The notes beneath the pieces are model-generated. The model ran no database searches and had not been told where the DNA came from. It worked only from the letters and a program-made list of their open reading frames with translations. Both the position numbers and the translations under genes were made by a program. A stretch of 64,000 bases of DNA, from positions 2,728,001-2,792,000 of the forward strand of contig CM052824.1 in assembly GCA_028534125.1 (NCBI GenBank), given 5' to 3'. Below, in pieces: positions 49,130 to 63,080 of this stretch (positions are counted from its first letter, which is position 1; each line of letters opens with the position of its first letter). Origin of the DNA: Lama glama (lineage: Eukaryota).

Positions 49130-49540
49130 ATTAGTCATCCAATTGATAAATATGTCTAAGAGCTTATTATGTGCACAGGGTTGCTAGGCCTTAGTGGGGG
49201 TGCAGGAGGGAGGCACTGGCGGGTAGTTGTGCAGGGATGTTTGAGGTACAGTCTGGGTCTCAGAGAAACTTGTAGTCTAGTGGAGAGAGAGTATACATAA
49301 CCTGATCACAAGGTACAAAGCGTAGTTGCATATCAGAGTGCAAAATGGAATTCAGGAGGAATGAAAGGTCATTTTCATTCGAGGAATCAGTAAAGAGTTA
49401 ACGAGGGAGGGTGTGTTAGAGCCGAGTGTTGCAGCCTCGCTGTCTTTGGGCGTGTGGAAGAAGGGGAACGAATATTCCTGGTGGAGGAGAAATCAAGGCC
49501 AAGACACAGGAATGGGCAAGTGTGAGGAACATCAAGAGAA
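49130..49540 (-). mobile_element. L2 fragment
   Basis: agcttattatgtgcacag...cttgtagtctagtgg...attcctggtggaggagaaatcaaggccaagacacagg. Confidence 0.55.
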
Positions 49541-50190
49541 GAGAGGGAAATAAGCCTAAAAAATGGGAACCCTCGACCAAAGGAAGAAGGGACACTGACT
49601 GCTTAAAATGGGATGATATTTTATTACCTTGTTTCTAAGATTCACATTTTGTTCCCCATTTTAATGTTTTTGAAATCAAGAAAAATTAGTCAGTCATTAT
49701 GTATATTTAGTGTAATTTTTCTTTATTGCCTAAAAAGAGATTGTTGAATCAATGGTATAGCCACAATTGATGGAACTATTTTAATATTTTATCATTGTAA
49801 TGATCTATTTCATATACAAACGTCTACTTTATAAACTTCTTGGAGAAATAAGTAGAATGATACCTGTGTAGCTCAGGTCACACAGTGTACTCAATAAACT
49901 TACTATTTTTTAAAAATAGAGTTGAACTAAGTTTGATAGGCAATGGAGATGTACAGAAGGATTTCAAAAAGGAGAGGGATGATCAGCCAAACTGTGACAT
50001 CAAAATCACTTGCCAATAATTTTAAGAATCAGTTCAGGGATGGAACCCGCCTGGTACACTATTATAATAGTCAAGGCAAGAGTAAGCGAAAGGTTAATCT
50101 AGCGAGAGTGAGTGTGACCTAAGCCTTGTCTTACAGATACGATTCACAGGACTTGCTAAGTGATGGGGTGCAGCAAAAAGGGAAGTAGAA

Positions 50191-50576
50191 GTAAGTCAGA
50201 AAGAGAAAGAAAAGTACCGTATACTACTCGTACGTGGAATCTAATAAAAAAGAAAAAAGAAGATACTAATGAACTTATTTACAAAACAGAAACAGACTCA
50301 CAGTCATAGAAAACAAACTTACAGTTACCCGGGGGAACGGGGTAAGAAGAGATGAACTGAGAGTTTGAGATTTGCAAATATTGACTGCTATGTATAAAAT
50401 AAATAACAAGTTTCTTCTGTATAGCACAGGGAACTATATTCAATGTCTTGTAGTAACCTATAATGAAAAAGAATATGAAAAGGAATGTATGTATATGTAT
50501 GGCATACATTATGCTGAACACCAGAAACTGACACATTGTAAACTGACTATATTTCAATTAAAAAAATAATACAAAG
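50191..50576 (+). mobile_element. L1 3' end (camelid-type) with A tail
   Basis: gtaagtcagaaagagaaag...ctgtatagcacagggaactatattcaa...tttcaattaaaaaaa; TSD ~aaaagggaagtagaa/aaaagagaagtagaa. Confidence 0.9.
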
Positions 50577-50637
50577 AAAAGAGAAGTAGAAATGATGGAG
50601 AGGATTGTACTATTTACAGAAATAGAAGATACAGGAT

Positions 50638-51450
50638 GTGATATTGTGATTTATAAGAAAAATGTATATTTGGTCATTCAGATGATAAAAATATAGTTCT
50701 CATATATATTTGATCTTCATCCATGGTTCCTGACTCACAGCTCCCAAAACCTTTAGAATTTCCTAACAATTGAGAGTGGCAAATTGTCTCATGTTATGAT
50801 AATGAGGTGACTTCTGGGCCTCACCTAAGGTTGGGGGCTGATTGCCAGAGGAGCCAACCATGTGATTGGAGGTTTGGAACTTTCAGTCCCACCCCCCACC
50901 TCCAGAGAGAGAAGAGGGCCCGGCGGTTGAATCAATGACCAACAGCCAAATGATGTAATCAATCGTGACTATGTAATGTAATGATGCCGCCATAAAAACC
51001 CAAGAGGGCAGGGTCCAGAGAGCTTCCAGGCTGGTGAACACATGGAGCTTAGGGAGAGTGGTGGACTAGGAGAGCGCATGGAAGCTTCGAGCCCTTTCCC
51101 CGTACCTTGCCCGATGCAGCTCTTCTATCTGACTATTCCTGAGTTATGTTCTTTTATAATTAATTGGTAACCTAGTAAGTAAAATACTTCCCTGAGTTCT
51201 GTTAGCCACTCTAGCAAATTAATTGAACTCAAAGAGGAGGTCATAGGAAGCTCTGATTTGCTGCCAGTTGGTGAGAACTACACGTAACACCCTGTATGGC
51301 TTGCAACTAATGTCTGAAGTCCAAAGAGGGGTCATGGGACCCTCTAATCTATAGCCTGGACTTGTGACTGGAGCCTGAAGTTGGGGAGGGGGGGAGGTGA
51401 TGGTGGGTGACAGTCTTACAGGACTGAACGCTTAACCTGTGGAATCTGAC
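50638..51450. mobile_element. ERV LTR, MER21-like
   Basis: tgtgatattgtgatttataag...cacagctcccaaaacc...accatgtgattggaggtttggaactttcag...ctgtggaatctgaca. Confidence 0.75.
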
Positions 51451-51750
51451 ATTTAGAGTCATTTTTATAGGTGATAGTTGAACCCATGGAGGCACATAAG
51501 ATTTTTGAATGAAGAGAATATACAGGGGAAAGAGAAAAGAATTAAGAATGGAAACTCTAGAGAAAAACAACGTGTAGACAATTCATTGAAAAGAAACCAG
51601 AGGAACCAGAGCAAGAAGTTTGGAGAAGAACTAAAAAAAGACCATGATCCTGAATCTAAAAAGAAAAGACAAAGTAGTCAACAATGCTAAGTATAATTGA
51701 CCCCACCAGAACACATTCATGGACAAATTGTTACAAACAGACACCTTTTT

Positions 51751-51918
51751 TAAAAACTGAGTTATACTTGACAAAGAACATTATATCAGTTTCAGTGTAC
51801 AACGTGATGATTCAACATTTGCGTATGTAATGTACAGCATGGTGTCTATAGTTAGCGATACTGTATTGTATATTAGGAAGTTGGTAAGAGAATAGATCTT
51901 AAAACTTCTCATCACAGG
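51751..51918 (-). mobile_element. Short L1 with 5' inversion
   Basis: Antisense L1 3' end joined to a sense-oriented upstream L1 segment; TSD agacaccttttt/agatacctcttt. Confidence 0.65.
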
Positions 51919-54779
51919 AGATACCTCTTTCCTTACACACGCGAGCTGTCCTTGAATATCTCTTGGCATTTGACTGCCATCTTTCTGTGGCTTTCATCCC
52001 ACTCCTTTTGCAGCAGTTTCTGAGCCCTTTCCTTTTGACCTGCATTTCTGTGGTTGCTTTAGAGTTTTTTCTCCCTCTCTTCCCTGTGTGCATGTGGGAA
52101 AATGCAGAGCCCAGACTGAGGCAGCCCCTTTGGGTAATCCAACACTGATGCTAAAGAGTATCAGAGAGAGAAATGAAATCAAGGCCACCTGGGCAAATCA
52201 TTGAGGCAGGCCCTGGTGTTCCCCTTTTATGGCAATCCAACACTAATAATAATAATAATACCACATGGTTTAGGATCTCAGCACAGACCTACCCTGATTC
52301 ACCTTCAGATTTTCTGGAAAAGGTGCTCTTGCCTCTTCTAGCTCCTCCTCGGCTCTTGCATTATGTTGATGTTTCTATTTCTATGTTATTTTATCCAGCA
52401 ATTAGTTCTTTCTTTACCTTGCCACTCGGGGACCTTTGAACAGACTCATATCCACAGAAACCAGCTTAAATTTTGAAAGCTACTGCATAACTTATGTTGA
52501 ATGCATTATGTACTTGCAGACAGTGGCAGTCTCGTATTTTTCATAATCACATTTTCGTGTGGTAATGTATTATACATCAAGAGCCTGCTGGCACTGTATT
52601 TAGTTCTAGTGTGGGAAACTTGTAGGCATGGATTAGGTTTGGTTTTGATTTTCCTGCTAATGGGGATTGTGATGTCGAACTCCAGCACTGAATCAAATAC
52701 CTGACTCTGTTAATGTGTCAGTTTTAAATGCAGAAGCAGAACTGACTTTACCAAAGAGGACATGCTTTTTTTTTTTTTCACTGTTTTTGCCTGTTTATTT
52801 TTGTTTCATTTCTAATAATGGACTTGATAACTTTCTAATTTCCTGAATCAGGGTCAAAACTTGGGCATCTTATTTCTTAAAAGCTTCTCTAATTTTCTAT
52901 GTCCCACTAACATTTGAAGATCATTTCTTTTCTGAAAGAAGTTTTAAAACATTATAGAAAAACGAGGATAGGTGGGGAACTATCTGGTAAAAAAATTTTT
53001 TTTAAACGAGAGATACTAAAATCTGTAATTACTGGTAGCTTAAAAGCCTTTAGAAGAACATTTGCGGCAGAATGGAGAACTTTCAGAAAACTGGAAAAAA
53101 AAAGCCAATATCCTATGTAAATATTTTTGAAGGAATAGGAGCGATTCAGGCAACTGCAGGCTGAAAGAAAAAACACAGCACTGAAAATATTCTCATAATG
53201 TTGGTTTGGTAAGGGAGCGACTGTTCTTCAACCATGCTTAGGCTGAGCGAAAGGAAGTGGGCTGACACTGGAGTGTGAGGGATTTAGGTTAGAATGTAAG
53301 AGTTTTATGACTGGGAGGAACATTGGAACAACCTCCTAAGAAACATTGTGCAACCTCTTTCTCTAGAGATCTTTAAAAATAGGATAGATTTTCATGTCTG
53401 GCTTAAATCTGGTGCTGCCCAAAAGTGAAAGAGGGCCAGAGTGCTTTATTTTATGCCTCATATATATTCTGAAGACCTTTTAAAGTCTATTTCCTCATTT
53501 CAAATGTCGGAAGCCAAGAATCTGTGTTCTCCTATGGCATCATTAATTTTTGAAACAGTCTTTCACCTTAAGTGAATTTTGCTTTATAAGCTGTGTGCAT
53601 GTATATTGCTTCCCTTAAGACTTTCATCTCATTTCCATGGAAAATAAGAATGGCTAAGCACCCATCCCACCTCCTTTTTTTTTTTCCCTCTGCTTTGGTA
53701 CATTGTGTTTTTGGTCACATGTATACACAACAAAGTTCAAATAAGTCGTCATGGGAACAATTTCTGGCAGGCTTTGGCAAATCAAGTATATGCTATATAA
53801 TGTATAATAATTACATACGGCAGAGGGCTCAGAAGCTCTTGGCAGCTGCCCTGTCTGGTTAGAAAAGGAAGCAAGTTACAGAGTTTGGACATTCAGTTCT
53901 GAGACATTATTCCTGAGTCAACAAGATTTTAATTATGTATGTGGCCTAGAAGAGACATTTACGCAAGAGAAACATATTGTTGTCGAATGTGTTTGTGATT
54001 TTGCTCATGGTTCAGAATTGGAAAGAAGCCGAAAGCAATTTCTGAAGGTACATAACTGGATTGAAGGACTGGATACCTCTCCTAGGGGCAAGGAGATAAC
54101 CAGTGTCCCTGGCTTTGCTTCCCCACCCCCTCATTCAACACACTTCCTTTTCTTTTGTAGTTATCTTTTTATGTGAAAATGTATTAATATATATATTTTA
54201 TCACACGATATTCATTCATTTTAAAATCATGCTACTCAGACAGAAGTAAAGGGTGTGTTAAACACAACTTCATCTTTGAACATCTTTTTCTCCTGTCATG
54301 ATGTTGAGGTCACTCAGAGTCTTTTGTTTATAAACTTGCTGCGTTCTTGCATATATGTTAGTCTAGTGTTGGAAAAGGTTTAAAATCCCCTCCTCTGAGC
54401 TGAGCTACTGCATGAGGAATAGAAAGACTATTCTGAATAACGGTGGAAACGTCCTCTCTTATGGGTGGATTAGAAAGAATCAAGGGCCTGCAGAAGGCAG
54501 AGAATTTAGCTTTGCTGAAAGTCAGCTTTTCTTCCTGTGCCTCCATTCCTTGATTCATTCACTAATTGATTGATTAGCTGGTTGACTGAGTCAATCATTC
54601 AATATTTACTGAACACCCACAGTGTGTCAGTTCTACCATGAGGTCTCAGTGGGTGACCTATGATTGGCCTTGTTTTGGTTTAACTTGCATCCTGATGTTC
54701 GTTTGTTTAACTTACCTTCTCCGCACCCTTTCGAGTGGGCTGCAGTGATAGTGACATCTTCTGCCTTCAATAGCTGGCA

Positions 54780-55000
54780 GTTACTGAGCACCTACCAGAT
54801 ATGGCCCTAAGGGCTTCTATAAATCATCTTATTTCATCCTCACAGCAAGCCACCTTAGGAAACAGGTCTTGTGAACAACCCCATTTAAATAGGAAGGAGC
54901 TGAGTACAGGGAGAATGGCTAACTTATACAAGGTCACACCCCTCATGGGTGAACCCAGGCTATGGGACTGAGGTTTTTCTTAACCCCATGCTGTACTGCC
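54780..55000 (-). mobile_element. MIR
   Basis: ttactgagcacctac...tcatcctcacagcaa...aaggtcacac...gaacccagg. Confidence 0.65.
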
Positions 55001-55879
55001 TCCCAAGATTATTTATTCTATGATTTTTTGGTTTATAGATTTTCTTTAGGTGCAAATTCCTAAGGCCACCTCTATGCCTCATTAAATGATCCTTTTTTTT
55101 TTTTTACCTTCAGTCTTCATCTCGTTTACCTCCTTGAAAATCCGTCTGTAGTTGTTTTGAAAGAAAACCAATAAACGTCTTGAGTCTCCACTTGTTAGAT
55201 TTTTCAACATTTTCTCAACGCCGTCTTGGTTCTGTCTTAAGGCTTTACAAAGTAACCAAATCAATGTGGCACGTGTGTAAAGATGCACATAAAATAAGTT
55301 ATTTTAGAACATGAAATGACTTTTTCCTCTGATGTTTGTACTGAGGAAAACAATCTTTGTTTTGAGTATTTTCAGTAACTAAAAATATGAAAAACCCTGT
55401 GAGGGTTTGGTAAAGAAAAGAAAAGTGCAGAATGTACCTAAGTGTGTACAGTATTGGTTTTCTCCAACTTAGTAAGGAATTGCACACAGTCTTCAGCAAA
55501 CCCAGAAATGACAACTATGATTTTATAAGCATGAGAACCCGAATCATGTTTCTTTAATGCCATATTATTCAGTTTTACCTTCAAAAAAAAACTTCCTTTT
55601 AAGATGAGCCAGGTCTACCAACCCAACATATCATCTTGGAGCAATTAAAGGTTTTAGAGTTTCCCCTACTGGAATCTTATTTCCAGTTGACGGATTTTGA
55701 AGGTTCCCCAAGGGTAACCATTTAGTAGATGTCATGTACCTTTTAATGTGGGGCTTGCAAAAAGGCAAATGATCACTTGGTTGGAACCTGGGGGCTCATA
55801 CTTGGCTTTGCTCTGTGGACCCTGGAGTTAGCGTCTCAAATGCCTGGAGACATGCAAAAACCAGATTCTCCTCTGCATG

Positions 55880-56065
55880 TCCCGGCTCTCCATTTGCTTG
55901 ATAGCTGTGTCATCTTGGGCAAGTTAAATTCTGGTGCCTTGCGTTTTGCTTCTGTAGGAGGGGAACAGCCACATCTATCTCATAAAGTTGTTGTGAACTA
56001 AGATAATCTATGGAAAGCACGTGGCAGGGGGCCTGGCCTGTAATAAACACCCAATAAGTGTTAGA
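55880..56065 (+). mobile_element. MIR
   Basis: agctgtgtcatcttgggcaagtta...aaagttgttgtgaactaagataatctatggaaagcac. Confidence 0.7.
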
Positions 56066-59000
56066 TTTTATCCACCCCAACAGTGGTGACGTTGAAGGAG
56101 ACTTATACTGAACTCAGTTCTTTTCTATCACCTTAATAGAATTATTTGATATTCATACTGTCATTTGTGGCTTCATAGCACCAGAGAGCTGGATAAGGGT
56201 TGTTAAGGGCTGTTGTTGTTGTTTTAGTATTTTTAGTTACTCGAAACACAAAAGATTGTTTTTCTCTATAGGGGCATTGAAGGTAAAAATCACTTGATAT
56301 TCTAAAATAATTTATTTTACATTAACCTTTACAAATGTGCTATATTGATTTGGTGACATTATAAGGCTTTTGGAGAGAATCAAGAGAGTAAATAGACACT
56401 TTTGGACATCTAACCTCTACAGCCGGGAGACTTGATTAGTGAGAAGTGTAAAAGGGGACTATGGGATCCCTGAGAGGCAGAGAGAGTGTGACGGTAAAGG
56501 GCATGGACCTGATTCAGGTGTTCCTTTCTGAAAATACCTGGAGGAGTCTGTGTGTAGAGATCGGAGTCTCCCGCTTTGCACTTGTGTTGACAAATAGATG
56601 GAAAGCTTATTATAAACCTCAGACAGTGCTGTCCATAGCAATTAACCTGTAAACTATTACCTTCCTCCCTCTCGTTTTAGCAGTGAAATACTTACTGCAA
56701 AAAGATTGGAAGAGGATATGGCAAAAAATGACAAGTGAATTTTACTTTCAGACCCTGGGTGCCACCACCTCTGCTGCTTCTGGATTTTCCAGAGGCTGGA
56801 GTCAGCGGTTTCCACTGCCCTGAGGCTCCCAGGGCTGCTCTCACGGAGCTGTGGCTGTTATCAGATGCTGGCTGAAGGCTCCCTGGGAGTGGGTTCCCTG
56901 CTAGCTTTTGGGGAAGGGGATGCCCATTAAGAGGGGTTAACACTTGCCTCATACTGGACCAGGTGTATGGAGAAAGTTGACTCTTGAAGGGAGCTTCCAG
57001 TTAAAGTGGATGATTAATTAAAATTGGTTCACTTGTCTATTCTTTCCCTCAGCCCATTACTATGGAATGCTCCCCGAATGTGCTCAGGTCACGGTGCTAG
57101 CTGGGGGATGCAACAGTGGACAAGACAGACACCATGCCTGCCCCGGCAACCTAGAGTCTAGTGAGGGAGGTTTACAGTCGCGTGGGAGAGTCAGAGGAGG
57201 CCGTGTGAAGAAAGTTGGTGAGGGTGAGGGGTGGAAGGACATGTTGAGGGTTGTGCAGTCAAAATTCCCTACTCTGGGTGGGGAAGAATTTGTACAGTGT
57301 TTCCACCCCCCCGTCACTGAAGAGAGGGCCAGTCGCGTAAGGCAGTTCTTAAAGGGTCACCCTTATCTGAAGATTCTGTCTGTCTTGCCATCCAGAGAAT
57401 CCACGCTGTGGTCTTTGGGGTTTTAAAATATCTATCTCTCAACAGCAATTTGTGAACTCTGTAGGCAGTATCAAGAAAAAGTACAAGTAGGGCCCATTTT
57501 AATTCACTCAATATGCAAAAATCTAAATTTACAAAGCAGATATGTCAAGGTGAAATACACTGTCTGTTTCAAAAAAGCAGTCTTCTTGGTGTCTTCAGCT
57601 TACTGCGTCCAGCCAGTGCATCAGTAGAGACCTCTGTGTTAGGGAGACATTCACACTGCACAATGATTCTCCATTGTCACAGACGCAGTCACCATAACAT
57701 TTCTTTAATAATTACCCTTTCTGGGTAATTAATGTCTGATCTGGTCTTCAGAGGTTAAATTTACAGGTCAATTATGAGGAGCCACTGAGTCCCCAGAACC
57801 TGATTCTGCATTTACCCTCATGCTGCATGTGGCCTTCTTATAATTCTAAAGTGAGTTAGTGGAAGTCTGTTATGGTAAAACCCAGGCTTTTACTTTTAAT
57901 TTTTGTATTCTATTAAATATCATTGTCCTCTCTTTTAAAAAAATCAGAGGTCTTGGGTGGGACAGCTAAAGAAAGGAGATGGCTTAATTTTTAAGTTTGA
58001 AAGTTTGTGAAAATATTACTTAAAAAGAAGACAGGGGTTAAATGACTATTATCATTTTTAAAAACTTAATGTTCTCCTGAATATGATAACATAAGAATAA
58101 TGATTATAATTAAGTCAAAGATATAGTTCTTTTATTAACACTCATGTATTTCCTTGAATCATTTCAAATAGATATTCATATTACTGCATAACATTGTTTT
58201 CTTTAATAGAAATATGAAATTATTTATAAGGCCAGGTAAAACAATGTTTATCAAATTCCAGGTCATGACTCATTGGCGGGTAGGGAAATTTATAAAATGG
58301 GTCATGATGATATATTTTACAAATGAAAAAATAGAATAGAAAATACCAGAGTGCACCACGCTTTGAAAGGGTAGATTTTATTTCATGGTCATATTTATAT
58401 GTATATAAATAGCATATAAACACATACACATGAGTCCTGAATTAAAATTTTAAATAGATTTATTTTTTTACATGTATGTATATATGTTAAATGTTTTTCT
58501 TAATGTGGAACGCAGACACAAAGTCTGTGAAATCTAAAGATGGAGAGTATTCAAAATAAGAAGTAAAAAAAAATTACCACTCTGCACACTAAATATGATT
58601 TTAAACACTAAATAATGTTATTAAAGCAATGTCCTCGGCCTTAGTAAATTCACAGTTCTAATAAACAAAAGAGGCATTCAAGCAAAATATATTCATATAC
58701 ATGCATGTATATGTGCACACACTTACCTATAAATAGATTTTTTAAAACCTTTAAATACATTGCAAATCTTTAAAATATAATTAGAAATAGAATTTCCCAT
58801 CTCATAAATAACCGTGTTAATAACGTAAAGTCAAGGGTGCAGTTATGCTGCTGTTTTAACAGCGTTCACTCATTCATATACTAAGCTAAACAGTATGAAA
58901 AAAAAATTCCATGCAGTTGCTACTTTTTTTAGTTTGAAATTTATAGCCTATTTAGCACCTATCCTCTCATTAGCCTGGGACTACAGTAAATGGACTGTGT

Positions 59001-60912
59001 GATGCAGTTGGACTCCAGAAGGAAATTCTGAAGCCGCATTGAATGGTTGAGAAGAGACAATCTTATCCCTCATCTTAATGATTTTTTTTTCCCCTCATCG
59101 CTCTCTGATCTGCATCGGTCTTGCTGAACATTGTAACACTGCTTTGCCCGTTCTCCATCACGGACCATATAGGCTGCCCGGGAACTCCCAGGACTAAACA
59201 CATTCCAGACATTCTTTAACACAACGTTCCTCAAAAGGTTAGTTTCTTAGGATCCGGCCTGAGCACTGCCTGCATGGTTCACAGAGACCCTGCTGAAGCC
59301 TTTCATGGGCAGCCGGCCAGACAGCGGCTGCTGCCTCTACTCTGAAAGACTTGCTTCACTCAACTGCGAGCCCATCAAACTCGCTTTAGGAGGGGTAAAC
59401 GAGGACACTGTGATCGTCAGTAAAGAGGAATCAATCAGTGGGGCCGAGTTTCCAGCAGTGCAGAGAAGCTACACATAGATTGTGTATCTTGGTATCATAT
59501 GTGTTTTCTTTGGAAAGAGGCATTTAAATGAAATTTCCTATAGCAAAGATTTGGCTCTCCCCCAAATCCAAGAGACTCAAAGTCACTTTTAACGAATTCA
59601 AGAGATAGAAATTCTACCCTGGAACTCTTATGAGCTGCCTTTCTTATAAAAATAATTTCAGGATGCACCATTTCCCTTTTTTCCCTAGTAATATTTCCGA
59701 TTCTGCCCATCTTTCCTTCCTCAGTCTCTCTCCTCCTTTTGCTTCCCAGACACTTCATTTAAGTTCCCTAATTCTCTTTTCAGACCAGAACACTGATATC
59801 AAACATTCCAGGATTCAAGGTTTTTCAAGAAGGTGAACTCAAAAACCTAGAAACTTTTCCCTTCATGTTTCTTTCTGGCCGTTGGGCTGTTGACTGCCAA
59901 CCTCAAGAGTTGAGTTTGCCTAAAATTCTCCTCATCCTCTTCTTCCCAGCTCAGCCCCTCCTTTTGGTTCCCACATTCCTGGTAAACATAGCCAAACCCA
60001 GCATCTTTCTCAGAAACCCAAAGCCCGAGTGCAAGGTCTTTCTTCCACAGAGTTCTCACTGCAAAAAACATGAGTTCTTGTCCAGGTGTCATAACCTGTG
60101 ATCACACATCTGGATGTGGATGATCTGACCAGTGCAGTTTGTCCTCAAGCCCTATTCTTTCTCAGTGACCCATGGGATGTTGAACAAATTAGAAGTGCTC
60201 TAAATTTGGCATGTGACTGACTGCCAAAGAAATGTGACTCAGAGCCCAGGGGCTCATCACAGAACGAGATGATTAAGAAGCTGAGGGATCATTCCACACT
60301 CCAAAGGTACAGCCCAGTGCAGCTGTGGGCCGGGGCTCGTGGAAAATATTAAAAATAAAAGTAAGGTGGGCAGTGCTTTTCCTGTAGCATGTATAGGACA
60401 CTTACATTTCCATGTCCTTTTCTTGCCTTATTTGTTTGCCACTTTTCATATAACCAGAGGCCACTTGACTTTGGAAGCTATGGCATAATTTTCAAATGCC
60501 AGCTCTGAAACCAAGAAACTCACCTAGACAAGGCCTGTAAAAATACCCCTAGTGGATTATTGGAAGCAGGAAATGAAGCAGAGATAGCAAGTTCACGCTG
60601 ACTTTTAAGAGTCACTATAGAGTGTTTACAAGGATCTCACAGATGACTAAAATTAGTTTATTCTGCACAGCATTATCCACTGCTGACTCAAGATGGTGAT
60701 ACAAGCAGGGTCAAACTGTGAGCTCACCAGGAAAGTCATTCCCTAAAATTATTCTCTGACAGGGAAAGACCCCTAGTTCACATCTACGAATGGAAGATGA
60801 GGTATAAATAGTAACTTGTTATGCCATCGCTTAGAAGCTGTGTTTTCCACTTATTTCCAGATCTCTGTTTCTTGAAAATGGAAAAATGTCCTGATCAGTC
60901 TCATTGTGGAGG

Positions 60913-60939
60913 GTGTGTGTGTGTGTGTGGTGTGTGTGT
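60913..60939. repeat. Interrupted (GT)n microsatellite
   Basis: gtgtgtgtgtgtgtgtggtgtgtgtgt. Confidence 0.85.
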
Positions 60940-61187
60940 ACATCATTCTTTTAGTGGTGTAATATGATAATTAGAAAAGAGAGGCTAAATAATCTGGGGG
61001 TAAGGATCATTCAGCAACTCACTGACACTCAAAACTAAGTTGGTCCTATAAAGGTCCTTTGAGCTGACCTAAGTGTAAACGATCAGTTGATTAGAAGCAC
61101 ATTCAGACAGGTGTGGGCAGACAAGGGTATGTAGACACGTGTACCCTTGAGATGGTTTCTTGGTTATGAAAAACGTTTTTCTGCACA

Positions 61188-61419
61188 CAGCTCACCCTTG
61201 AACAACATGGAGGTTAGGGGTGCCGACCTTCCCTGAGGTCAAAAATCCAAGTATAACTTAAAGTCCACCCTCTGCATCCAGGTTTCCTCTGGATCCTCGG
61301 TTTCAACCAGCTCCCTGTCCTCGGTTTTGTGTGATACTGTAGTATTTATTAATGCCAAAAAAAATCCACATATGAGTGGACCTTCACAGTTCAAAGCTCT
61401 CTTGTTCAAGGGTCAACTG
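61188..61419. mobile_element. Tigger2/MER8-like Tc1-mariner MITE
   Basis: TIRs cagctcacccttgaacaa / ttgttcaagggtcaactg followed by TA. Confidence 0.8.
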
Positions 61420-62869
61420 TATTTAAGGGTCAGCTTCTCAGAATGAAGCTGTCTCCACACTCTGCTGAAGTTATTGCTTTGGTTGGTTCACTCAAGTAAT
61501 CAATTCCATAAGGAAAGAAATCAGACAAACCAACTCTTTAGCTAAATGGGCTGATCAATCCAGCAAAAAAGAGGCTCCAGCATCCCTGTACCAGCCGATA
61601 CTGTGCAGTGTTCTCTCTTCCCGGCCGATTTCATCTTCCTTTTCATCCAGATTTTCTGTCACATTCATTCAGGGCACAACTAAATGTTGAGTGTGTGCCG
61701 GCGTCATTTGGGTTCTAAATCATTCTGTTTCTCTGTAGGTGCCCATTCGCTGCCACTGATAACTTTCCCCCATCTGTTTAATCCATTTTCTGGCTTATTA
61801 AATCCTGGATTATTTCTTCAGTGACAAAGCCCTCAAACTATGCATCACTGATTTTCTATTTTTGAAGCCCTGGAATTTTCCTTGTTGGGACACTGAGTCC
61901 TTTATTTCTAGTTAGGCTTTCCATCTTACTCATATTTGGCTTTGCTTTATCAATAAATTACACAATCAATAATTAGGAACAGGATCCCAGCGTGTGCTGC
62001 AAACATGACTCCCAGTGACTGGTGGGAAAGGAGGGGCGTTCAGGGAGAGGTGGCATTGGGACTGCGACGCAGGCGAGATGCCTCCTGGGCTTGACAATGG
62101 AATGAGAAGTTGTGCATGTTTAGGCAACAGCTGGACTCGTGCTTAGGTTGGTAGTAGTTCTCTTCTGTGGTGAGATGAGAGTTTTTAGTAGAAACCATCC
62201 CATTTTATTGACTATTTCTTTTACAAGAGTCTTTGTACCAAGAGGCAGCTTTAGAAACAAGCCACCGGACCTGTTCTACTGTAAAAGCAGGGCTCAGCAA
62301 AAAGGCTCCAGAAGTAAAGTATTTTCTAAGATTCTGTTCTAATGCCTCCACTTCAGTGAAGTCTTTCCTGATCACCCCAGCTGGGAGCCATGCGTCCATC
62401 CTATCAACTCCCACAGCACTTTGAGATAATCCGGGTGGGAGATATTAGCGCAGAGCCTGGGGTAAAGCAAGCATTGATTCTTACTGTCTGTGCCTCTTTG
62501 TAACATGTATCACCTTCAGCTGGAGGGTCTGTCCTCAGCCGTGACTTCCACCTGGTTACCTCTAAGCATGTATTGAATGAATAATAAATCGTCAGTCCAT
62601 CTCAGGTATCTTTGACCCTCAGGCCTGACATTCAGTATACAGTAAGTACAGGGACACGGAATGTTCAGGGATTGGGTATAAACCAAAAAGTCCACTGCCG
62701 AAGTTCAGCCTTTGTTCTCCTGGGTTAACTTCCCTAACCTCCTGTTAGTGCCAAAGACATTAAACAACAGCAGCTTCACTCCTGAGCCCAGTTCCTATAA
62801 ATGACCAGCTGGTTATTTAAGTAACTGGCCAACCAGCTTCATTGGCACGTCCCACATGCAGAGTAAAAT

Positions 62870-63080
62870 AATTATGGCTAATGCTTATAGGGCGTTTGCT
62901 CTGTGCCAGGCTCTGTTCTGACCACTTTACATGCACTCACTTATTTAATTCTCGCTGCAATCTGTTCTAAAGACAAGGCACCGAGGCACAATGACATTAA
63001 ATCCCTAGCCTCAGGTCAAGTTCTTGCCAAATACTGCATTGCAGCCAGAGCTGGGCTGGAGTTGCACGTGGTTTGATAGC
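62870..63080 (-). mobile_element. MIR
   Basis: tgtgccaggctctgttct...acttatttaattctc...accgaggcaca...cagagctggg. Confidence 0.6.

Noticed and set aside
26974-52232. Isolated perfect CArG boxes at 26974-26983, 32710-32719 and 52223-52232
   Set aside because: About four to five are expected by chance in 64 kb at this base composition; no supporting context.
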